Below, in pieces: positions 1 through 11,290 of a stretch of 63,965 nt of DNA. A model generated the notes under the pieces. It was not told where the DNA came from. It saw nothing but the letters and a program-made list of their open reading frames with translations, and did not search any database. Position numbers and translations under genes: made by a program. Source of the stretch: Carcharhinus longimanus. Taxonomy: Eukaryota. Position 1 is the first letter of the stretch. Every line of letters begins with the position of its first letter. The stretch covers positions 75,747,852 through 75,811,816 of the forward strand of contig JASCQW010000099.1 of the NCBI GenBank assembly GCA_030264375.1, written 5' to 3'.

Positions 1-925
1 CCCCCATCCCCCGCCCCCAATACAATGGAATTAAACAGAATGTTCCCCTTGTGCTACAGAGAAAAATAAAAACATACAAGCTTTTGCAGATTATTTCTGT
101 ACATTTTCTGCATCATCAATTTGCGGCAAAGTCAGAAAATGTTCTAAGATAATAACATAGAATACAGTACAGCGGGAAGTGATCCTAGAAAGCAATGTCA
201 TGTTAAAATATGTTCGAGGCCTGTTTATTCTTATATTACCACTTTCAGTCATGAAAATTACGAAACTCAAAATTATTTAAAAATTGTTGAAATGGCAATT
301 TTACTGGTAACGTTTGTAACTCTTCACTCATGTTCAGTGTACTGTATTCACCAGTCACTAAATGTAGTGTGCAGAATAAAGAGCATTGAAGTGAAAAATG
401 TCAAGATATTGCTGTTAAGATCATCGCCCTTCAACATTCAGTATTTGTGATATTTAAAGCTGAGAAGTTTTCCTTTTCTGGATAGGCGAGTTACTTAAAT
501 TATTACTAAATTAAGTAGAAAATTAAAGACCATTGTTAAAATATAATTACTTCAAAAATAATGTTTATTAATCAAACATTAATTGTTTAAAAAAGTCCAC
601 CAGTGAGGACAACCATAACCTACTTTGGACTTCTATCACATACAAGCTATTCATTTAGCATGGTTTACTGATGTTTGTACTGACTTCTTGTTTGCAGATT
701 GTTCCCTCTTTATGGACAGTAAATCACCTATTTATTTTCCCCAACTTGCATCTATCTTTTGGTGTCACCTGGACCACTTTTCATTGCAACCTTCCTCCTT
801 CTTTCTCTGTAGTTTAATCAACATGTATCCTTTTCCTTTGACTTTTTGAGCAGGAACACTTGAAGACTCTGCCGATCATTGTAGAGAAAGCACCTATTTC
901 CAATGCAGTTGACACTGGCCAATTT

Positions 926-1288
926 CATAGAATCCCTACAATGCAGCAAGAAGCCATTCAGCCCATCAGGTCTGCACCAACTATCCAAAAGAGCAACCCA
1001 GCCAGGCACCTCCCCTCCACCCTATCCACGTAAACCCCAGGTTTACCATGGCTAATCTACCTAACGTACACATCTTTGGACATTAAGGGGAATTTAGCAT
1101 GGCCTATCCACCTATTGTGTACGTTTTTGCAGTGTGGAAGGAAACCAGAGCATCCGGAGGAAACCCATGTAAACGTGGGAGAACATGCAAACTTCACACA
1201 GACAGTCACCTAAGGCCGAAATTGAATCCAAGCCCCTGACGCTATGAGGCAGCAATGCTAATCACCATACTGTACTACCATGCCGCCC
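926..1288 (-). mobile_element. tRNA-derived V-core SINE (HE1-like) with CR1-type 3' tail
   Basis: Minus strand: GGGCGGCATGGTAG..TTAGCATTGCTGCCTCA head, V-core GTTTGCATGTTCTCCC..GGGTTTCCTCCGG..GGTTTCCT, tail GATGGGCTGAATGGC..GGGATTCTATG. Confidence 0.85.
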
Positions 1289-2049
1289 GATTTCTTGGCT
1301 GCTGCTGGAATGTTTGTTTCTGATTTGGGGTGCAGTAATTGTGGGAAGAGAAATTTCTAATTCACTTTGCCACAGCAGAGCATGGTCGGCAGTGCCAGCT
1401 GAAGATGAATTTCCTGCTCCAAACAACATGCCTGATCATTCTGAATTGGGCTGCACTGGACACCAGGACAGTGTTGGTGTTCCTGGCATCTAGCATCATT
1501 AAGGTATGTTGCATAATNNNNNNNNNNCAATTTGAGCAGACATACTTATGTGCCGATGTCTACTGATTTAAATTCCAGAGGGTACCAGGGAGCTGGCAGA
1601 ACAGCTCCCTGGCTGATTTTCCAATCATGTCCCCCCAGGATACACAGATTTATGGCATAATTGAAGTGGAAAACCTGTCCCTCTGTTCTTTTTATGAGTA
1701 TTCCCACTGTACTAATTCAATTTTGCTGCTGCTTTTAGTTTTAAATAAACTTGTAGGATTCCAGATTCAGACAATGCAATGTGATGATTAAAATGTTAGA
1801 ATTCAATCTCCCATAATTTTCCCTTGTTCAGATGACTGCCTTTTTGAAAGTCAAGGTTGAAATTACAAGAAAGAATAAGAAAGACCATGTGAAAGGTATT
1901 TCTAAATTAACTATAATAACACTAAATTCACATGTAAAGTAAAACAATATATCAACCCCACACAAACAGTGTTGGTTAGATGGAAATAGATACGCTTCAA
2001 AATTCTGTGGTATTAATTTCATATTCCCAGATTTTACAGTAGAGTGAGA

Positions 2050-2990
2050 AGAGTCCCTTAGCTTGTGGTCCAAACTTCTAGATTTGTTTCAGGACATTGT
2101 CTGAAACAGTTGCTTTTCAATCCAGTTCTTGCTTGGTTGCAAATTGTATTTTAGCAGTCTCGAGTGGGATGACAAACTAGTCTTGCATTCTGTTATTCTG
2201 TGCATCAGCATGTACTGCAGAGACTTTGAGGACTTGCTTGATGTTTACCATGCTCTTGAGGATACTCTGCCTGCTTTGCTTGGTCATCCTACAACCAACA
2301 TAAAAAAAAAATTGAAGTCATATTTCAGCCCATATCTGGTCATCTAGTCACATTCACTGTGATTACAACCAGTAATATATCTCTGAAGGTTAGAAACCAT
2401 ATCTGCCAGTAATTTTCTGTAATGGACCACCACCATCCAGTGGTAAGACAAACTATGTGCTAGCTATGTGATCTTGTACTTGTTGGTTTGTTGGAACATG
2501 ATGTTGATGACGGTTAACTGCTGTTCCTTGAAAGTGGCACAAAGGGGACCAGGGTGTCTAACATTGATGGTCTCAAGTGTTTTAGTATAACTGGAATGAG
2601 GGACACGGTCAAAAATATCCAGTTCCCTTGGAATGGGCAAGTCATTCAGATGCTAATTATGGAATTTCTAAAGGATCGAGCAGACGAAACATTATGAAAT
2701 CGCACCAAACACCATCTTGAAATCTTGCTGCATTAAACTTATCACCTGGGAAAACACAGCCACTGACAGACAACAATGATAGCATGCTTGCTGTTTTGTT
2801 TTTAATGAGGTTGCAAGAACTGATTACCAAGCACCAGCATAAAAGGCTTTGGTTTTCATTACGATATGTGTGTCCAGGATCAGTCTTTTCTTCCATCAGC
2901 TCACCCATTACATCTGAGGCACTTCCACTGATTCGACGGGACATTGCAACCTCTAGGTATATATCCTGTGCTTTTCACCTACATTGTACC
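2050..2990 (-). mobile_element. Highly decayed RTE-like LINE, endonuclease region
   Basis: Minus-strand frames give GDKFNAARF (APE GDFNAR motif), IKNKTASML and EQQLTVINIMFQQTNKYKIT*..HW (RTE-type LxITNTxFQQxxKYKTTW..HW), broken by frameshifts and stops. Confidence 0.6.
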
Positions 2991-4789
2991 ATCCAACACC
3001 ATACAGATATTCTAAAATTTCTCTTCTTGGTCACTTTCTCTTATAACATTGAATATCATTGTTTTTTTTGGCAGATGCATACCAGAAATAGGTATGGATA
3101 CATTCAAGTTTCCCTTTTTGAGTCAGATTTGGAGCTGAGCAGGGTTGAGTTTCAAGCTGCCTTTCTTCAAGTCTGTTAAGTTTTTGATGAGATTACATCT
3201 AATTGTTGAAGTTTCTTCCCTGGTCTGCCTCCTATTCTGTGGGTTAGTGGGGCTGTTATCTTAAGTATTAACTATATAGTCACTCTTAATATTAAGTACA
3301 TAATCACTCTTGTCTATATTGACCATTACTAACAGTTCTGCATCCTACAACTCAGAATTATCTCTTGCCTTTAGTCCAGTAAGTCATTACCTTCTACTTC
3401 CAGCAAACCATTCCCTAATCAGTTCTGCCATTGGATACTTATTAGGGATCAAAGATCCTTCATTGCCTTGTCTAGCTCCCAAACAGTAATTATTAGAGGT
3501 CGCCTTTGAACAAATCCTTTACCACTGGTAACAATTTAAAACTCAGGGAAACTGAAACTAGGGCATGACCTGTTCAGTTGTGCAGAATTCCTGCAGTTAT
3601 TGTGTTTGAATTGCTTTTTCCAAAAAAAAACAGTTCCTGGTATTTTGAAAGTTGCAAGGGAAATTTATGTATTCTTGAGGTTCAATTAGGTTGTATCAAT
3701 CAAAAAATGAATTGGCTATTTTAGAAATGTTTGTGACTACTACATTATTGTAAAGGTAAGTTCTGGTGTCATTTTTTTGAGAGCAGTAAGCAGATGATTG
3801 AACCATGTATGTCATCCATATGTATGTGAGTCTGTTGGGCTCAGGCAGCAAGTTTGTCAGATTGTGGACTGCAAATCACTGCCAAATGAGACTGCTAAAG
3901 ATTTTTTCTCGAAAGTGTTGTGAGCTGCTATAGGTTGGGAGAGGTCCCAGTATATCACTCCAATGCTACTTCTGTTTATCAGTATTGCTGTTCAGATGTC
4001 AGTGCCAAATATGCTGAAACATCTGTCAGTTTCACTGAATTGCAGTCTAGAATTTTAGTGTTTGCAAAGCTGTATTTTTGCGACATCTACCCAAAGATAG
4101 GGGCGACTTGTACTGACAGTTCAGAAAAAAATCCAGTCAAATCATTCAGTTTGCTTACAAAATAACATTACTGCTTATTTTTCTTTTATGTAATATTGTT
4201 AATATTTCAATTTAGTGAAAAAGAGAAACATCAGTAAAGCTTTCAACCGTATTTTATGAAGTGCAACCAGATTTCCCGAAAGCATACTGTGAATCCCATT
4301 GTGTTACTGCTTAATTGACTGTATTTGTAACTACATAGTCCTATGCAGAAGAAATAAGGAACTTGGAGGAACTAAACTTGGTTAATGAGCAACAAAAGTA
4401 TGATGCATTGGAGAAGTGACAGAAAGAGAAAATGAATGAGAAACAAACATCAGCTGAATTCAGCACCCATTTTGTGGATGCAGATAATTCAACCCAACCA
4501 TAATGAACACAACGTCAAAAACCAACAAGAGTTGTCTGCCTTGGCATAGTCACAATAATAATTGATCTGTGAACATTGCAAGTGCTGAGTTATTCAGTAT
4601 CAATAGAACATAGGGTTTAATACTATGGTCCACAGATGCTGGAGGATTAATATTGAGAGTACAGGATGTCTACATTCGTTCTATCACTATGTATATTGCA
4701 TGCTATTCTGTGCTGTATAAACAATGTTTTCTACAATGACAGTACTATTTTCCTATGAGGAACTATCACTTTTTTTGTTGTTAGGACAC

Positions 4790-4920
4790 CGGGGCGGGAT
4801 TTTCCAGTCACGTTTGCCCCAAGACCAGAAAATCCCACCCAAGGTCCACAAATGTTTAAACAGTCCACCCCAGCCCACTACGAATCCCATGGAGGGCGAG
4901 ATGGGAAAAACTCCATCTCC
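4790..4920. mobile_element. Short Harbinger-type MITE
   Basis: Starts GGGCGGGATTTTCC and ends GGGAAAAACTCC; shares its TIR motif with other copies in the window. Confidence 0.5.
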
Positions 4921-5049
4921 TCCAGATGTATTAACATTTTTAGTGATTCCTGTCTCTGAAATGTTGGAAAGCCAACATATTAAAACATCCATTTCAGTGT
5001 GGACTTAAGTATGACTATAGCAGCATTATGTTCTTTCACAATAAAGGCC

Positions 5050-5850
5050 TCAAGGTTATGGAAGGGTTTGACAGGATAGACAGAGAGAAATTATGGAAGA
5101 GTTCTAAAAATTAGGATACTTCATTATGAGCTGGTCACCGACAAATCCAATGGGAAACTTGGAAGGAGATCATTTCCTGTAAAAGGGAGCAGTTTCTCCC
5201 TATGATGTAGACCCCTCACAATTTTGAAGACTTCTAACAAAATTCAGTTCAACCTTGTCTTTAAGATGAACAGCCCCAACTTGCCCCAATTATCCTTGTA
5301 ACTGGATCATACTTGAAACCAGCATCAGACCTGAAAATAGTCTTATAAATCTTATCTGCACTTTCTGTAAAACTTTCATATGCTTCCTAAAATGCAATGT
5401 CCAAAATTGGATAAAATGCATAGATTAATGTCAAACCAGAGTTCTATTAAGGTTCATCATAATTTTCTTACTTCTGTACTCTAAACCTGTTTATGAAGTC
5501 CATTTGCTCCTTTTTGAACCTTCTGTGCCACCTTCAATGATTTGTGGTCTTATCAAGATCTTGCTGTCCCTACACCCATTTAGAATTGTATCCTTTGTTT
5601 TATGTTGTCTCTCCTCATTCTTCTGCTTGAAATGCACTACTTCACACTTCTCTACACCAAATTTCATCTGCCACATGCTTGTTCATTCCACCAGCTTGTA
5701 TATATCCTCTTGAAGTACATTACTTTCCCAGTATTCCAACTTTTATGTCACTACAGATTTTGAAATAGTGACATCCAAATCTAAATCATTTATATAGATC
5801 CAGAAAAGCAATGGTGCCAGTTTGGATCACTGGGGAATCCCTATTCATAC
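5050..5850 (-). mobile_element. Decayed CR1 LINE fragments
   Basis: Minus ORF 5491-5676 WQMKFGVEKCEVVHF is the CR1 RT C-terminal motif. A short + strand CR1 piece lies at ~5050-5170. Confidence 0.75.
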
Positions 5851-5852
5851 AG

Positions 5853-6063
5853 GGGGCAGGATTTTCCACACTCCCCATGGTGCATTTTGTAGTGGCAGAG
5901 AGGGCCCAACATTGGCTGGTGGCAGGATCTTTTGGTTCCACTACTGTCAACAGGGTTTGCAGTCATAGGCACCCCCTACCACTGGGAAATATGCAGTGGG
6001 GGGCTTTGCTGTCTGTAGGATTGGACGATCCCAAAGGCAGGAATGGCCAGAAAATTTTGACCA
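5853..6063. mobile_element. Harbinger-type MITE
   Basis: Imperfect TIRs GGGCAGGATTTTCC ... AGAAAATTTTGACC. Confidence 0.5.
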
Positions 6064-7169
6064 GTAATCCTCCCTATGAGTCACTCTGCTTAAATTTATT
6101 TTGCTTTAGCGCCATTCTCTCTCTCAGATTTTTTTTGATTTATGCATCATTTCTGTTTTTATGTCCTATGCTCTCTGGCTCCATCACCCACATGAACTCT
6201 GGGGCAGATGCCATAATGTTCTGATGCTGGAGCTGCGGCCATTGTCACCAGAGACACAAGCTGTGGGGAGAGAGTGAGGCCTGAGATCCAAGAGCAGGAG
6301 TGCAGGACAGAGACAGGAAGCTGCTGACTGCCAACTGGGTGAAGAACTGTTAGTAACTTGGAGTGGGTGTGTATTGGGAGCAACCACCCCGCATCTTCTC
6401 TCCACCACACCCCAAAGTTCCTTGTACAACCCCACTGACTCTTCATGCAGCCTACAGTATGAGAGAAAGAGTGTGTGAGGGAGAGACATTCCTAGAGCAG
6501 AAAGAAGAGTGTGGTGATTGCCCCTTTTAAGGACAACACAGCAGAAGGTCACCTGAATTGAGGGACCAGTTGACAGGGAGAGTGGGTAATCACCCCAGCG
6601 GGTGGAATTTTCTCTTAGGCAGAAGATATCTAGAAGGCCTTCAAAGGGGGTTAGGAAGCTGGTGAAACCATGAGCCTCTGTACAAGTTTTTTCTGGTTAA
6701 TAAATATCTTTTGTGTTTATGACTAAAGTTGAAAGAATGCATCATTACAAAGAAAGAGAGAAAGAGACAAAATGGGAAAGGAAAGCAAGCAAATATTTGA
6801 GCTGAATTTCGGGAGTACTGTGTGTGAGACATAAGAGCTGTGTTGCTCAGGGCTTGTTTGGGTAATTTAGTGTTATCTAAGTTGAATTTATATACCTGCT
6901 TGTTATATTCAGTGACATTTTGTTTTGTAAGTTATTACATCTAGGAATGCACAGGCTGCCAATGTCCTGTATAGTTATTCTGCTTGTACATTGTTTTTTT
7001 CTGGGCAAGTAATGCATGAAGGAGTCTAACTCTAGCTTTGACATTGATTCGTATAGAAAACTATGATTCACATAAAGCTGTTCCACTTAACATTGTGATT
7101 TTCAGGATCTTAACCACAACTTTAAGACCAACTGTACCTTCTTCCAGTCCAAAAAACAATCATTTTCCC

Positions 7170-7570
7170 CTCCCCTATTCCTGTCACTCAAATAACTGTG
7201 TATCCATGTGCCAATTTCCTTTGATTCAATTTTTTTGGCAGCCTTTCTCGTATCTCCTCTCTATCAATTTATAGACCATCCAGGATCTCAACTACCTTCT
7301 CTTTCATTCTGAGTTTGGTCGCATCACCTTCCCGTGGTAAAGACTGATTTGAAGTATTCATTCAGTACCTCAATCATGCCCTCTGTTTTCGTGCATAAAT
7401 CCCCTTTTTCATTTGTAATCAATCCTATCCCTCCTTTTATTACACTTTTACTATTTATATACATACAGTAAACTTTTGGATTTCCTTTTATATTAACTGC
7501 TGTCTTTTCTCATTCTGATCCTTTGCCTCCCTCAGTTACTTTTTCACTTCTTCACTGAACTTCCTATCTT
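7170..7570 (-). mobile_element. Decayed CR1 LINE fragment
   Basis: Resembles the reverse complement of CR1 ORF2 (GAATGAATACTTC, AAAGGAAATCCAAAAGTT). Confidence 0.55.
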
Positions 7571-8731
7571 TATAGGATAGTAATGTAAATATTCTATTGA
7601 AAATTATGCAAGTTGCCTTGTGAGGTGAGAAGATGTGTATTGATTTAATTGTTACACATTTCAAATGTACTTAATCTAGATTTAAATAAAAATATGCATT
7701 TGCATGTAATCTCCCACATGCTCCCCTTCTAACTTTCTGCCCAGGCTTCTCTGGGTTATATACCAGCCAAGAGAACAAATAACTTTTTCTTAATATACTA
7801 TTAACTTTCTGGAACTAGCTGCTAGAAAATGGATGTGAGAAATTCAGGGTCAACTTTCCTGCAGGTGTCCAGCTCCTGTATGAAAAAAATGTCTAACTTC
7901 TCTTTTAAAATGTCTTCCTATCAATACGATGGAAACTAGGAACTTAGAGAGAGGAATCGAATTTGCATTCCACCACTTCCTGCTATCACTTGGTGTGTTT
8001 GTGGACTGCATAACAGCTCTGTTCCTGAGGAGAATTTAGACTGTCTTATACAATTCATTGTGATTTTAAACAGCAAAAGTTCTGTCCAAGTGTCTCAAAT
8101 TCTTGAATCTTGAAAGTCCAGAATTGTAGATTTTTCACAAGAAGTAGATGAAGCTGATGGACAAGCTTATCTTTTTGTAATTAAATTAGGCCTCTTACGT
8201 GCTCAGTTTGTAAACATAAAAAGTAAATGTGTCACGATGCACATATCTTTTGTGTTTATCTTTTATCTTCAATGTGAAATATCTACATTGAACTTTTACT
8301 TGACTGTTTTGTATAAACAATAGTTGTGGGTCTCCAAATCAGCAAATTCATACCTAATCCAACACTGATCATACTTTGTTTTGTTTTAAAGTTTTCTCAA
8401 AATAATTAAATTGTTCCTCATCTTCTCAAATTAACCTTGTAATCAAACTTCTTTTTGTTAAACATTTATAATCAATGTGAATCAGAGAGTTAATTGTTGC
8501 TGAATCATTAACTGAAATTCACATCTAGTATGCTCCATTCTAAATTTTTAATTCTAATCTGAAGGTTATGTGAAAGTTGTGCCATTCATTTTGAAAGAAA
8601 ATACTTAGGATGGGTGAGAAAAACAGAATTGAACAGAATCAGAGAAGGTGATTTGCTTTTTCTGCACAATAAAATTATACAAAAGTAATAAAACTAATTT
8701 GCGATCCCAAACTATTTATAAGCATTAAATA

Positions 8732-9140
8732 ATAACAACCTGTATTTGGTTGACACATTTATCATCATAAAATGATCCAAAATATTTTGTAAGGTGTTAT
8801 AGATCGTATTAGTGCAGCTGGCAGCAAGCTTGACCAAATAGATAGAATTTTAAAGAGTGTCTTAGAAGAAATAAAGTAATTTAGGGAGGGTATTCCAGAG
8901 CTTAGGGGCCAGGCAGCTGAAGCCCCTGGCACCAATGGTGGAAAAATTCAAGATGTGGGTATGCCGGCGTTGGACTGGCGTAAACACAGTAAAAATTCAA
9001 ATCAGGGATACTCAGAAGGTCATAATTAGCTGATCACCGATATCGTAATTGTGGAGCTGAAGGAGATTCCAGACATGGACAAGGCCATTGAGAGGTTTGG
9101 AGGAAATAAGGATGAAAATTTTAAAATCCTTGCCTTGGTG
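8732..9140 (-). mobile_element. L2 LINE 3' end, interrupted by a ~40-bp Penelope terminal scrap at ~8952-8992
   Basis: GGGGTATTCCAGAGCTTAGGGGCCAGGCAGCTGAAG and GGATGAAAATTTTAAA match the L2 copy at 35420-35960. ATGTGGGTATGCCGGCGTTGGACTGG is the reverse complement of the Penelope end at 40885-40912. Confidence 0.65.
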
Positions 9141-9649
9141 GGCTAAATTAAGTGATAGTAGGATTTCTGCCCCTCAGTGGGAGGAAGTCTCAGCCTCAAG
9201 AGCTGCTGGCCAATCTAATTGCCTGACAGCTCAGCAGTCCTGGTAGCGTCAGCACTCAAGCAGGCCCAGAAAGAAGAGAAAACTGATGCTGAGTCCAGTT
9301 AAGATGGACCTTTTTTGGTTAGGGTGGGATTTGGCAGCTTAGGGAGGAAGCTGTGGGCTTGGTTTTGGAGCCAGGCTGGAGGGAATGAAGATGGGGTGGG
9401 TTTTTTTTTTGGGAGTACACCTTTGATACTAAAATGGCATCCCTTCCCCCATCCGCCCAAAGGATGTATCCCTCTTCCCTCTCACCTTTTTAATCTTACA
9501 CCGGCCTGCCCATGCCAACTGTACCAAAGCATGGATAGTGAATTACCTGGCTTAATTGGCTTGTTAACAAGCTCAACTGACCATTAATTATTTATTTAAA
9601 AATGACAGGTGGACTGTGGATTTTGCCTTCTACCCATCTATTATAAGAT

Positions 9650-9865
9650 CATAGATGTAGGAGCAGAAGTAAGCCAGTGGCCCACAGAGTCTGCTCTGCC
9701 AATCAACAAGATCATGATTGATCTGATATAATCCTCAATTCCACTTTCCCACCTTATCTCCATAATCCCAGATTCCCTTATTAATTAAATATCTGTCTAT
9801 CTCAGCCTTGATCCAGCCTCTACAGCTCTCTGCAGTAAAGAATTCCACAGATTCACTACCCTTCA
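9650..9865 (-). mobile_element. CR1 LINE 3' end
   Basis: TAGGAGCAGAAGTAAGCC..AAGATCATG..GAATTCCACAGATTCAC; reverse complement of the CR1 tail at 62250-62490. Confidence 0.75.
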
Positions 9866-9948
9866 GACGTCAGTGACTACTGTGAGTCACAAAATCTCAT
9901 TAGAACTCTCACCCTGACAAGGGATTTCAACAAAGATTTCCCTTACTA

Positions 9949-10304
9949 GGGGAGGCAAAGGCCGATTAGTATTATCATTCGACAATTAATCCAGAAGCTC
10001 AACTAATGTTCTGGAAACCCAGGTTCGAATCCTGCCATGGCAGCTGGCGAAATCTGAATTCAATTAAAAAAATCTAGAATTAAGGATCTACTGATGACTG
10101 TGGTCGATTGTCGGAAAAACCTATCTGGTTAACTAATGTCCTTTAGGGAAGGAAAACTGCCTTCCTTACCTAGCCTGGCCTACATGTCATTTCAGAGCCA
10201 CAGCAATGTGGTTGACTCCCAACTGCCCTCTAAGGGCAACTAGGGATGGGCAATAGATGTTGGCCAGCCAGCAATGCCCATGTCCCACAAATGAATTAAA
10301 AAAA
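9949..10304 (+). mobile_element. tRNA-derived SINE with Nin-like core (family copy 1)
   Basis: B-box GGTTCGAATCC, core CTTACCTAGCCTGGCCTACATG..CAGCAATGTGGTTGACT, A-rich end. Second copy at 18474-18864. Confidence 0.8.
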
Positions 10305-11129
10305 GTTCACTTCTGAAGATCTACTGTCTAAATTTCAGCACAATCTTCTTTGAATCAGACTGCCTCAATGACTACTCACCTCAAAATGGTTTCATTTCTT
10401 CTCCTATGACTGCATTCCCACTTCTAGTTACCAGCACAATTCCAGCTGTTTCATAGACTGCTGGCTTCACTAAGATTGTGCTATCCATGGTTTTTCAAAA
10501 TTCCATCCTTCCGCACTTAACCACAACTGACTCCCAGGGTTTCTTCTGGGCTCCAATTCCCTCCAGCAGCCTTTCACCACATTCTCAGCTGCGCAGGACA
10601 TTACCTGAGCCCTAATTGCACCAAATTTCTCCCAGGGCTTCTCTGTCATCTGCAAACCACACAAGGACCAATCTGCAACTCTCAGCTGCACTAAACAGTT
10701 CTCAGGGCTTTTCTGATCCTTAACTGTCAGGAACCTGTTAGCAGCTGCGTCAGAAACCTGTTGACAGCAGCATCATTTCAGTATGGCCTCTTCCCCTGCT
10801 GCAGAATACTTAGATAATTTGAAACCTGAGGACCTTCTTAAGTTCCACCCATCTTCATGACAACGTAGCCTTCTCTTGTCTATTTTCAAACTAACCTCCA
10901 GGCCTATAATCCCTCATTTACAATTTCTCCGGCTAAGTAAATCCACATGCTGTTTGATGGCTCCGTCTCTTTAATTCTGACTCTATTAAACGCACATGGG
11001 TAGTATTCTTTAAGGTAAAACACTGGGCTCTAAAGCCAGTGTTTTATTTACCCTACCTTCACAGGAATGATCTTCTCAGAGCTAAATATAACCTTTAAAA
11101 TTTAAACAGGACCGATGACATAGAAATTT

Positions 11130-11290
11130 GCAACATCTCTCATCTCACAGCAACTCCAATAGTGTAGTGCTCTTTCAGTACTGCACTGAAGCGTCAGCCT
11201 AGATTACATATTTAAATCTCTGGAGGTGGGCCTTGAACCCACAGGTTCCTGGCTCAGATTTGAGAGTGTTACCAACTGAGCGGAAGCTGT
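11130..11290 (-). mobile_element. Deu-core SINE (SacSINE1/AmnSINE1-like) fragment
   Basis: CAGTACTGCACTGAAGCGTCAGCCTAGATT..CTTGAACCCAC..CTCAGA shared with copies at 14520, 33350 and 51530. Confidence 0.7.

Noticed and set aside
4350-4440. Coiled-coil-like peptide KIRNLEELNLVNEQQKYDALEK
   Set aside because: In-frame stop, no good polypyrimidine acceptor, and no match to recalled SDCCAG8.
9949-10040. tRNA-like A/B boxes (also at the other SINE heads)
   Set aside because: They continue into SINE bodies and do not form complete cloverleafs, so they are not tRNA genes.
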